From Acidimicrobiia bacterium (GTDB taxonomy: Bacteria > Actinomycetota > Acidimicrobiia > Acidimicrobiales > JANYDT01), in assembly GCA_031429095.1 (NCBI GenBank), contig JANOYY010000037.1, forward strand, positions 4,883 to 68,882: 64,000 nt of DNA. The letters run 5' to 3'. Under the pieces are notes generated by a model, which was not told the origin of the DNA, did no database searches, and worked only from the letters and a program-made list of their open reading frames with translations. Made by a program: the position numbers and the translations under genes. This document shows, in pieces, positions 46,845 to 55,445 of this stretch; position 1 is the stretch's first letter, and each line of letters opens with the position of its first letter.

Positions 46845-49800
46845 GTGAACGTTTCCGGATCCAACCCCGACGCCGTGACTGGTCTCGTTGAACGCGCCGT
46901 TGCCCTTGCTGGCGAAGTCGTCGCCGCGATCGAACCTGCCAACCGGCGGCTTGTTTCGGTGGTGCGCGATCGCGCGGCCGCCGAGTTCACGTTCGCGCTC
47001 ACCGACGAGATTCTTCGATGTCCGGATCCTCGAACTTCCGCGGCCGCGTTTCGGGCGTTGGTCGCGCGAGGTCTCCCGCGTTCGTTTCCTGTGTCGGACC
47101 GCGTACTGTTGGCTATTGGTGCTCAGTCGACGCGTCTCGCTCCGGGGCTGGTCATGAAGCTTGTGTCGTCGCGACTGCGTCAGGTGTCTGCGACTTCGGT
47201 GCTCCCTTCCGAGGACCCGGCCCTGGCGAAGCGGCTGGCCGCAACCCGGAGCGGTGGCTCCAGTACAAACGTAAATGTGCTGGGCGAGGCGATCATCGGT
47301 GAGGGCGAAGCCATTCGACGTCGAGATCGCGTCGTTGCGATGCTTGGCCGATCAGACGTCGACGCCGTATCGGTGAAGCTCAGCTCCATTGCAGCAAACC
47401 TAAGCCCACTTGCTTTCGATGCCACCGTCGCCCGCGTGGTCGATCGCCTGACTCCCATTTATCGTGCGGCGCTCGCTCGAGATGTACCCGCCCTGGTGAC
47501 CCTCGATATGGAGGAGTACCGCGACCTCGAACTGACGGCGGAAGTGTTGCTACGTGCACTCTCTAGCCCAGAGTTCGATCAATTGCGTGCCGGTATCGTG
47601 CTCCAGGCCTACTTGCCGGACGCCCACGCCATTGCCGAGCGGCTGATCGACTTCGCACTCCTTCGGCGCGCACGGGGCGGTGCTCCGATTCGCATCCGCC
47701 TGGTGAAGGGCGCCAACTTGGCCATGGAACGAGTCGAAGCCGAACAGCGAGGCTGGCCGCTGGCGACGTTTGGTTCCAAACCCGAGGTCGACGCCAGCTA
47801 CAAGCGTCTGCTGCGACGGCTCATGGCCGCTCAGCACAACGATGCAGTTATTGTGGGGTTGGCCAGCCACAACGTTTTCGACATCGCGTATGGCCTTACG
47901 CTGGCGATCGAGCAGCGCGCTACGGGTGCCGCCGCCTCCTTGGAGTTCGAAACGCTCGAAGGCATGGCCACTGGCCTGGCGGCTGCGCTCGCCAAACGTG
48001 GTGAATCATCGCTCGTGTATTCACCGGTGGTTGCCCACGGAGCCTTCGAAGCGGCCATCGCCTATCTGGTTCGCCGCCTCGATGAGAACACCTCACCCGA
48101 GAATTTCTTGCATGCCGTTCTCGATCTTGAACCCGGATCGCGTCGCTTCACTATGGAGGCCGACAAGTTTGTGGCGTCGCTTGAGGCGAGTTACACGCTC
48201 AATACGAGTTCGCGTCGAGAGCGCGATCGACGCGATCTTTCACCCAGCTTTGCCAACGAAGTCGACACCGACTTTGCGCTCGGGCGAAATCGGAAGTTGG
48301 CCATCGCCGCGTTGGATCAATGGTCCCCTCCCCGAGGCCCGGTGCAACCCATCGTGGCAGGTACCTCCCGAACCACGCACAATCAACGTGCACTTATGAA
48401 CCCGTCCGTTGGGGAGCGAATCGGCATGGTACAACTGGCCGATTTCGCTCTGGTCGATGAGTGCGTTGGAGCGGCCCGAGTTGCGATAAACGCGTGGGCC
48501 GCGCAGTCGCCGGCGCAACGTGGCGACGTAATTGCCCGGATCGGTGACGTGGTTGCTGTGCAAAGGTTCGAGATTCTTGCCACGATGGCGTTCGAAACGG
48601 GCAAGACGGTAAGCCAGGGTGACCCGGAGGTCTCTGAGGCCATCGACTTTGCCCGCTATTACGCGTCGAATGCCGATCTCCTTCGTGGCCTGAGCGACAG
48701 TGGCCCTGTCGCAACGCCCCACGGAGTCGTGGTCGTGACGCCACCGTGGAACTTCCCGTTCGCGATTTTGCTCGGTGGGGTTACCGGTGCGTTGATGGCT
48801 GGCAACGCTGTCATCATCAAACCGGCACCGCAAGCAGTGCTGTGTGCAGAACTGGTTGCGCGGTGCTGTTGGGAGGCGGGCGTTCCTCGCGACGTACTTC
48901 AGTTCCTCCCGTGCGGTGACGACGAAGTGGGTCAGCATCTGGTCGCCCACCCGGGAGTCGACACGATACTGCTGACCGGTGGCATTGAGACCGCCCGAAT
49001 GTTTCAGCAGTGGCGGCCCGAACGAAAGGTCCTGGCCGAAACGAGTGGGAAGAACGCAATAGTCATTACCGCCTCGGCCGACATCGACAGCGCGCTGAAA
49101 GACCTTGTGGCGAGCGCCTTTGGCCATGCCGGACAAAAGTGTTCGGCGGCGAGTCTGGCGATTTTCGCTCCCTGTTGGTACGACAACCCCGAAGTGTTGG
49201 AGCGATTGGCCGACGCAGTGCGGAGCCTCGAAGTTGGTCCGGCCTCGGACCCCGCTACCGATGTCGGGCCGCTTATCGAACCGCCGTCCCCGAAACTGCG
49301 ACGTGCGCTTACTGTACTCGATGCAGGTGAAGTATGGCTCGTTGAACCGCGACAGCTCGATGCTGATGGTCGGGTGTGGACGCCGGGGGTACGTGTAGGC
49401 GTCGCCCGCGGTTCGTGGTTCCACCAAACGGAGTGCTTCGGTCCGGTTCTCGGTGTCATGCGCGCCGAATCCCTGGCCGACGCACTCGCCACTCAGAATG
49501 GAGTCGAGTTCGGGTTGACGGCGGGCTTGCAGTCACTTGATGAACGCGAAGTGGCTACATGGATCGAGCGCGTCGAGGCCGGTAATCTGTACGTAAACAG
49601 ATCAATCACCGGAGCAATCGTGCGGCGCCAGCCATTCGGTGGTTGGAAGAACTCGTCTGTTGGCCCAGGCGCAAAGGCCGGCGGCCCGGGCTACGTCGTT
49701 TCTCTCCAGAACTGGCGTGAGTCGGGTGAGCCAACCAGCGATGTGGTCGCTGACGTTGCTGCTCGCTTTCGCGAGGTCGCCGACTCGTACTTCTTTGCCG

Positions 49801-50195
49801 AGCAGGACCCTTCCAAGCTCATTGCGGAATCGAACGTGCTTCGGCACCGACCGCTTCCCAACGGGGTCGCCGTGCGACTCGGGGATGGAGCGCCAGCGTG
49901 GGCGCAGAGCGTTCTGAGGGCGGCGGCTGTTGCGACCGGCACACCGGTTTGGTCCTCGGCTGCCTCTCTCGAATCGGAGGTGGACTTTCTCACTCGATTG
50001 GTGGGAACCAAGGTGGACCGAGTCCGAGTCATTGGGCAGGTCTCGCGTGAACTACATGCAGCCCTGCACGAGCATGGCGTTACTGTCGACGACGCTGCGC
50101 TCACCACGAACCCCCGTCTTGAACTGTCCCACTGGCTGCGCGAACAATCGGTGACGATCACTCGGCACCGTCATGGACATATGATCACCCCGTGA
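46845..50195 (+). CDS. putA: Bifunctional proline dehydrogenase / L-glutamate gamma-semialdehyde dehydrogenase
   Basis: PRODH barrel (VLQAYLPDA, IRLVKGANLAMER) followed by ALDH (PPWNFPFAI, ETSGKNAI, GQKCSAAS catalytic Cys). 1116 aa. Confidence 0.92.
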   Translation: MNVSGSNPDAVTGLVERAVALAGEVVAAIEPANRRLVSVVRDRAAAEFTFALTDEILRCPDPRTSAAAFRALVARGLPRSFPVSDRVLLAIGAQSTRLAPGLVMKLVSSRLRQVSATSVLPSEDPALAKRLAATRSGGSSTNVNVLGEAIIGEGEAIRRRDRVVAMLGRSDVDAVSVKLSSIAANLSPLAFDATVARVVDRLTPIYRAALARDVPALVTLDMEEYRDLELTAEVLLRALSSPEFDQLRAGIVLQAYLPDAHAIAERLIDFALLRRARGGAPIRIRLVKGANLAMERVEAEQRGWPLATFGSKPEVDASYKRLLRRLMAAQHNDAVIVGLASHNVFDIAYGLTLAIEQRATGAAASLEFETLEGMATGLAAALAKRGESSLVYSPVVAHGAFEAAIAYLVRRLDENTSPENFLHAVLDLEPGSRRFTMEADKFVASLEASYTLNTSSRRERDRRDLSPSFANEVDTDFALGRNRKLAIAALDQWSPPRGPVQPIVAGTSRTTHNQRALMNPSVGERIGMVQLADFALVDECVGAARVAINAWAAQSPAQRGDVIARIGDVVAVQRFEILATMAFETGKTVSQGDPEVSEAIDFARYYASNADLLRGLSDSGPVATPHGVVVVTPPWNFPFAILLGGVTGALMAGNAVIIKPAPQAVLCAELVARCCWEAGVPRDVLQFLPCGDDEVGQHLVAHPGVDTILLTGGIETARMFQQWRPERKVLAETSGKNAIVITASADIDSALKDLVASAFGHAGQKCSAASLAIFAPCWYDNPEVLERLADAVRSLEVGPASDPATDVGPLIEPPSPKLRRALTVLDAGEVWLVEPRQLDADGRVWTPGVRVGVARGSWFHQTECFGPVLGVMRAESLADALATQNGVEFGLTAGLQSLDEREVATWIERVEAGNLYVNRSITGAIVRRQPFGGWKNSSVGPGAKAGGPGYVVSLQNWRESGEPTSDVVADVAARFREVADSYFFAEQDPSKLIAESNVLRHRPLPNGVAVRLGDGAPAWAQSVLRAAAVATGTPVWSSAASLESEVDFLTRLVGTKVDRVRVIGQVSRELHAALHEHGVTVDDAALTTNPRLELSHWLREQSVTITRHRHGHMITP

Positions 50196-50917
50196 CCGCC
50201 GAAGATCGCGAGGAGTTGTTGCGTGCCGCGCTCCTCACTGCCGATCTGCTCGATGGTGTGCCGAACGTGATGTTTTGCGTGAAGGACCGACACGGTCGAT
50301 ACCAGCGCGTGAATCAGGCGTTCGCGGATCGGTGTGGAAAGCGTCGGCCAAGCAATGTCGTGGGCCGCACCGCCCGTGACTTGTTTCCGACGCTTCTTGC
50401 GGCCGACTACGAAGCCCAGGATCGGTCGGTGCTCTCTACGTCCCGGCCGATGCAAAACCAACTGGAACGCATCACACGCCTTGATGGCAGCGTCGGATGG
50501 TACGTGTCGAGCAAGGTCGCAGTTCCAGGGGCTGCGGGGCCTGTCGGCGTCGCATCGTTATCTGTAGACTTACGAAGTGCGGTTTCGGCAGAGGACGAGT
50601 TCGCTGGTCTCGCTGCAGCCTTTGAATTGTTGCGGACGCATTCGACAGGTCCACTTCGCGTCGACGAGGTCGCAGCCGTCGCCCAACTCAGTGAGACGCA
50701 ACTCGAACGCAGAATGAAGCGGCTGTTTGGTATCACGGCGAAACAAGTCATCGTGCGGATCCGGGTCGATACGGCAGCTCGGCTTCTCGTCACGACGTCG
50801 CTCAACGTGGCAGAGGTCGCAATTGCCGCTGGTTTCTACGATCACAGTCAAATGGCCCGGACGTTTCGCTCGGTTCTCGGGGTGTCGCCCACCCAATATC
50901 GACGTGCCGGGCGCTAA
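50192..50917 (+). CDS. PAS domain-containing AraC family transcriptional regulator
   Basis: N-terminal PAS-like region (FCVKDRHGRYQRVNQAF) and C-terminal AraC HTH (VAEVAIAAGFYDHSQMARTFRSVLGVSPTQYRR). GTGA overlap with the putA stop. Confidence 0.8.
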   Translation: MTAEDREELLRAALLTADLLDGVPNVMFCVKDRHGRYQRVNQAFADRCGKRRPSNVVGRTARDLFPTLLAADYEAQDRSVLSTSRPMQNQLERITRLDGSVGWYVSSKVAVPGAAGPVGVASLSVDLRSAVSAEDEFAGLAAAFELLRTHSTGPLRVDEVAAVAQLSETQLERRMKRLFGITAKQVIVRIRVDTAARLLVTTSLNVAEVAIAAGFYDHSQMARTFRSVLGVSPTQYRRAGR

Positions 50918-51058
50918 CCTGCAAAGCGCTGACGAAGTCACGCGCTATCACCATGGGCAGGAGCTCGTCGACTACGTCGAACCTCGGTTTGGGTTGAGTT
51001 TCGGGTGGCTCAGTCCCGGTCGTTGAGCTGGCCGTTTGATTCGTGGCATACTTTTGCG

Positions 51059-51136
51059 ATGATGTTCGCCGCCGACTTCCGTGTCTCCTTGCACGGCATT
51101 GTGCACGGCATTGCCTCGATCATCATTATTTGCTAG
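51059..51136 (+). CDS. Candidate Ile-rich leader peptide (25 aa) of cimA
   Basis: atg atg ttc ... tcg atc atc att att tgc tag gives MMFAADFRVSLHGIVHGIASIIIIC. Four consecutive Ile codons lie immediately before Cys-stop. No clear Shine-Dalgarno. Confidence 0.5.
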   Translation: MMFAADFRVSLHGIVHGIASIIIIC

Positions 51137-51196
51137 CGCGCACCGCCTATTCGGTGCGCGCATCCACGACCGCCTCCGGGCGGTCGTTTCGTATTT
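51136..51196 (+). promoter_or_regulatory. Candidate transcription attenuator: 10-bp GC hairpin abutting the leader stop, then a 9-bp hairpin plus T-rich tract
   Basis: gcgcgcaccg/cggtgcgcgc (51136-51145 / 51152-51161). acgaccgcc/ggcggtcgt (51166-51174 / 51179-51187) followed by tttcgtattt. ACCGCC occurs in both 5' arms. The cimA ATG is 46 nt downstream. Confidence 0.5.
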
Positions 51197-51241
51197 CAGG
51201 ACCAAACCCGCAACCCCGAACCAGTAGCCAAAGGAACCACC

Positions 51242-52897
51242 ATGAGCGGTAACCACGCCAACGAAACGAAGCGGGTGCTCGGAGCACTCGCCACCCAAGG
51301 TCGTGCCGTGGATATTTACGACACCACCTTGCGCGACGGGTCGCAACAAGAGGGTCTGTCGCTGACGGTCGACGACAAGTTGCGCGTCGCCGAACAGCTC
51401 GATCACCTCGGCGTGAAGTTCATTGAAGGCGGCTGGCCGGGCGCCAATCCAAAGGACTCCGAGTTCTTCCGACGGGCCGCGGCTGGCGAGTTGCAGCTCC
51501 AGACCGCCACGTTGGTGGCCTTTGGCATGACCCGACGCCCGAACGGCAGCACTACCGACGACAAGGTTTTGCGTGAGCTCCTCGACGCGCAGACCGAAGC
51601 CATTTGCATGGTGGCGAAGTCCTGGGACTACCACGTCACCCACGCGCTGCAAACTGATCTCGACGAAGCAGTACGTATGGTTAGTGACTCCGTGAAGTTT
51701 CTCCGCAGTGAAGGGCGTCGGGTCTTCCTCGACGCCGAGCACTTCTTCGATGGATACACCCGCAACCCCGATTTCAGCATGCGGGTATTGAGCGCGGCCG
51801 AAGAGGCTGGTGCCGAAGCGCTCGTGTTGTGTGATACCAACGGCGGCATGCTTCCCCATCAGGTCGCTGAAGTGGTTGAGCAAGTTCGTGCACGTACCTC
51901 TGCACAGCTCGGTGCGCACTTTCACAACGACTCGGGCTGCGCGGTAGCAAACACGCTCACCGCAGTGCAGTACGGGATCAAGCAGGTGCAGGGCTGCGTG
52001 AACGGTTACGGCGAACGTACTGGCAACGCCGATTTGACTTCCCTCGTGCCCAACATGGCGCTCAAAATGGGGATGGAGACGCTGCCCGAGGGCCGCCTGG
52101 AGCGGATCACCGTGGTGGCGCATCACATTGCCGAGATTGTGAACCAGACGCTGCCCTCGCAGCGTCCCTACGTGGGAGCAAGCGCCTTCGCCCACAAGGC
52201 AGGATTGCACACGAGTGCGATTGCGCGAGCCCGTGACGCCTACGAACACATCAGCCCCGAGCTTGTCGGAAACGGCACTCGTTTTGTGGTGTCGGAGATG
52301 GCCGGTCGCTCCACTATCGAGTTGAAGGCGAAGGAGATCGGCTTGAATCTCGAGGGTTCGTCGATGACGCACATTCTCGACACGCTCAAGCGACTCGAAT
52401 ACGAGGGCTACCACTTCGAAGTTGCCGACGCATCCCTCGAACTGTTGCTGCGCGAGTCCACCGGCTGGCGTCAGGACTTCTTCGAGCTGGAGTCGTTCCG
52501 GGTGATCACTGACCAGGTAGGCGGCGACCTCGACGCTAAAACGGAAGCCACGGTGAAGGTGTGGTTCCCGGGCATCGAGACCGAAGGCGTCGAACGCACC
52601 CGCGTGATCGCCACCGGCGAAGGCAACGGTCCCGTTAACGCACTCGACCGAGCTTTCCGTGCAGCAGTTGGTGATCGCTATGGAGCGTTGTCGTCGATCC
52701 ATCTGACTGACTACAAGGTTCGAGTGCTCGACTCGTCGAAGGGTACCGACGCGAAGACACGTGTGCTTATCGATTCGACCAACGGTGAGAAGGATTGGTC
52801 AACGATCGGGGTAAGCGCCAACGTGATCGAAGCATCATGGATGGCCCTCAAAGACGCCCTGGTATACGGCCTCCTCCACGCTCCGACGTCGAAGTAG
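51242..52897 (+). CDS. cimA: Citramalate synthase (2-isopropylmalate synthase/homocitrate synthase family)
   Basis: IYDTTLRDGSQQEGLSLTVDDKLRVAEQLDHLGVKFIEGGWPGANPKD, HFHNDSGCAVAN and a C-terminal LeuA-dimerisation-type domain. AAAGGA Shine-Dalgarno. The Ile-rich leader upstream fits an Ile-pathway role. Confidence 0.82.
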   Translation: MSGNHANETKRVLGALATQGRAVDIYDTTLRDGSQQEGLSLTVDDKLRVAEQLDHLGVKFIEGGWPGANPKDSEFFRRAAAGELQLQTATLVAFGMTRRPNGSTTDDKVLRELLDAQTEAICMVAKSWDYHVTHALQTDLDEAVRMVSDSVKFLRSEGRRVFLDAEHFFDGYTRNPDFSMRVLSAAEEAGAEALVLCDTNGGMLPHQVAEVVEQVRARTSAQLGAHFHNDSGCAVANTLTAVQYGIKQVQGCVNGYGERTGNADLTSLVPNMALKMGMETLPEGRLERITVVAHHIAEIVNQTLPSQRPYVGASAFAHKAGLHTSAIARARDAYEHISPELVGNGTRFVVSEMAGRSTIELKAKEIGLNLEGSSMTHILDTLKRLEYEGYHFEVADASLELLLRESTGWRQDFFELESFRVITDQVGGDLDAKTEATVKVWFPGIETEGVERTRVIATGEGNGPVNALDRAFRAAVGDRYGALSSIHLTDYKVRVLDSSKGTDAKTRVLIDSTNGEKDWSTIGVSANVIEASWMALKDALVYGLLHAPTSK

Positions 52898-52910
52898 TCG
52901 CAGGAGGTGC

Positions 52911-54806
52911 TCAGGTCGGACAGGAGAAGGGGATTGACTCGTACTCGACGCTGGTTACCGATTCGGGTAGCGCGGTGGGGATAAGGTCGGTGGTGTCGAA
53001 CCCGGCGCCGGACCCGACGGCTTCCCTAAGACATGTGGGAACGTGCACGATGTGAGGCCCGCCGGCGAGAGCGGCAGTGACCCGGGAGACGGCTGGACCG
53101 CCATTGATACCGAACAGCAGAGGTGTGTCGCGTAGCGTACGAAGCGCGCTTATGTTTCGTTGGAAACGTGCGACCACGAGAGTTTCGGGTCGGTCTCCCG
53201 GAGCAAAGGCCGGTAACGCGGTGGGGCGACCGCAGGCCGATGTCGCCCGCCGCGTCCACGCCGTCCAGCCGCCACCCGACGCGTTGGGGGAGTACCAGCA
53301 CACCATGGCAAGCATGGACTCCGGTGGCGTCCATCGGGGAATGCGCCCATCAATTGCCGTGTTCTGGCTCAGGATGACCTGCGGCGCCCGCTTCTTATTA
53401 AGAAGCACACGTACATTGAGCCGATCGAGCATCGGCGTGTTGGCCTGATACGTCTGAAAGACAGGGAGTGGACGCCACGCCCAGCCATGAACCCAGATCG
53501 CCGACGTCTCAAGCGGGTCGATGTGCACAGTTTTGCCACGTGCGACCGCTCGTACATTCTCCGGAATGCCTTGGAGCGGACCCAGTCGGTCATGCTCACG
53601 CCTCACACGTCCGACATAGCGAGTAACTGACACGGTGAACTCGAAAGTACGCCACGCATAACGAAACCCGGTCGTCGGATGGGCGAATGGAACTTCACCG
53701 CGAGGCCATCCGAATCGAGGAAACGGCTGGCCCGCGTCGTTGAGCGACATGCCCGTGACAACGAGAAAGGTCATACACAACACGCTCACCCACCGGTTCC
53801 GACGATTGGCGAACAGCAGCACGATCGCCGCGCAGAGCACCACGAGTCGCAGCACATGTCCGCTGTCGTAGCGTCCGAAGGACTGCTGGAACGTGGTGAG
53901 CGCGAGGCCCAAAAGTCCGAGCACGCCAAACACTGACGGACGCCGAAGCGAACGTGAAAGACCCACCGCGAGCAGCGTCGCTACGACGACGCCCGCGGAC
54001 GCACGCGTCGTCCACGACGAATGAGCAGACCAAGCCATTCCTCCGCCGTAACCTCGACCCAATTCGATTGATCCGTGTACATATGGAAACAACGTCGAGA
54101 TGGGTTGCCCGAGGAGTATCCACGCGACAAGCACGGTCGAGGCAAACATCGCGAATAGACGAGCGATTCGTCGCCATCCAACCTTGCGATCGAACGCAAC
54201 AAGCAACATGAGGAGAAACCCGACCAGGCCCGTGTCGAAACGAACCAGCAGGGCAAGACCGGAAGCCACTGCAGCGGTGGACAGTGCACGCTGCGGGACA
54301 ACCATATCGGTGAGCACCGCCCGCACCGCAAACGCAGCAGCGATGACATAGACGGCGACAATGAGGTTGCCGCCACCTCCGAGTCCACCGACGAGGAGCC
54401 AGGTGATGGGGAACGCTGCGGCAACGCAAACCGCCGCGGCCACAACTCGTCGGAATTGCGACCGTCCGGCTGGAACAATGCTGCGAAGCCGCCGAAGGAC
54501 CAACCAAGCAACGCCGACGAACGCCGGGAGGCGAATCCAGTACGCAGCGAGACCCGTGACCCGGTACGCCATGGTGGGGGAGACAAGGAAGCCGAGCGGG
54601 CCAAAGGTCCACATCACGTCGCGTCCGAAGGCCAGGTTCTGGGCATGGGCAGTGTGAAGTCCGAGTCCCCAAGAAGGATCGAGCCCAATGCCAACCACAA
54701 ATCCGACCACCGGAATAACGGAGATCCCAACGATCACCGAGGCCAAAAGCATCAACAAGTGATCCCAAGAGGGAATCTGGCGGACGATTCGGGGCAGGCG
54801 TGGCAC
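52911..54806 (-). CDS. Hypothetical polytopic membrane protein with a large C-terminal extracytoplasmic domain (GT-C-like architecture, function unknown)
   Basis: About 12 hydrophobic segments followed by roughly 250 hydrophilic residues. The track ORF (862 aa) is trimmed to GTG 54806 (AAGG..GGA upstream) because its first ~230 codons are antisense to a better ORF at 54882-55421. Confidence 0.55.
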   Translation of the reverse strand: MPRLPRIVRQIPSWDHLLMLLASVIVGISVIPVVGFVVGIGLDPSWGLGLHTAHAQNLAFGRDVMWTFGPLGFLVSPTMAYRVTGLAAYWIRLPAFVGVAWLVLRRLRSIVPAGRSQFRRVVAAAVCVAAAFPITWLLVGGLGGGGNLIVAVYVIAAAFAVRAVLTDMVVPQRALSTAAVASGLALLVRFDTGLVGFLLMLLVAFDRKVGWRRIARLFAMFASTVLVAWILLGQPISTLFPYVHGSIELGRGYGGGMAWSAHSSWTTRASAGVVVATLLAVGLSRSLRRPSVFGVLGLLGLALTTFQQSFGRYDSGHVLRLVVLCAAIVLLFANRRNRWVSVLCMTFLVVTGMSLNDAGQPFPRFGWPRGEVPFAHPTTGFRYAWRTFEFTVSVTRYVGRVRREHDRLGPLQGIPENVRAVARGKTVHIDPLETSAIWVHGWAWRPLPVFQTYQANTPMLDRLNVRVLLNKKRAPQVILSQNTAIDGRIPRWTPPESMLAMVCWYSPNASGGGWTAWTRRATSACGRPTALPAFAPGDRPETLVVARFQRNISALRTLRDTPLLFGINGGPAVSRVTAALAGGPHIVHVPTCLREAVGSGAGFDTTDLIPTALPESVTSVEYESIPFSCPT

Positions 54807-54881
54807 AGTGCTTCCAACCTTAGGCACCGGGTTCGGCGCGAGCGCGCCCTCAGGCCCGTCCGTCTGGAAGAATGGGCGACA

Positions 54882-55421
54882 ATGGCCGCACCAAAGTTCG
54901 TCCCCGTTTCCCCTGTCGGCGCGTTTCGTTCGAGCGAGACCCTTCCCGCGGCGCTTGAATGGCGCGCCGATCGCCCTGGCGATCTTGTTGGCGCACAGCC
55001 GAAGGGCACGAAGCTGGGAAGCCCCGGCCCCGATCAGGGGTACGCCATCAAGCTGGCGAATTCTTTCCACGGAAAGTTGTTCCTCCACCCGGGCGAGCAC
55101 GAGCACGATGTGCTGGTCGGGATCTTGGGTGTGGCGCTCAAGCGGGCGTCGCTCTATGGCCGCGCTCCGGTGATCCATGACATTACGCGCGCACTTGAAG
55201 TGTTCGGGTTTTTGAACGCCGACGCGCCCAAGGACCTGGTTGCGTTCCGCACCTCGCTCTTCGAAGCGGCCGGGCACCACTATGAACTGCAGCGAGCGAT
55301 TGCCGACGTCGTGCCGGAGTCGACGCTGCGCACGGGTGCCTTTGTGATCGAGCGAGCGGCAACGGGCAACTGGCGCTCGCTTCTCGATCTGCCGGGCGAT
55401 CAGGGCACTCCCGGGCGATAG
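54882..55421 (+). CDS. Hypothetical protein (179 aa)
   Basis: ATG 54882 gives MAAPKFVPVSP.... Protein-like composition compared with the Arg/Pro-rich upstream part of the track ORF. No family recognised. Confidence 0.5.
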   Translation: MAAPKFVPVSPVGAFRSSETLPAALEWRADRPGDLVGAQPKGTKLGSPGPDQGYAIKLANSFHGKLFLHPGEHEHDVLVGILGVALKRASLYGRAPVIHDITRALEVFGFLNADAPKDLVAFRTSLFEAAGHHYELQRAIADVVPESTLRTGAFVIERAATGNWRSLLDLPGDQGTPGR

Positions 55422-55445
55422 TCCCGAATCCGCCCCGAAATCAGA

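Noticed and set aside
50972-52702. 576-aa minus-strand ORF antisense to cimA. Similar long ORFs occur at 4289-5653 (-), 26172-27245 (-), 48240-49427 (-), 45282-46259 (-), 43877-44791 (-), 53695-54768 (-) and 40101-40757 (-).
   Set aside because: They have Arg/Gly/His/Pro-rich, low-complexity composition and no recognisable domains. Each lies opposite or off-frame to a gene with clear family motifs, which makes them typical shadow ORFs of GC-rich DNA.
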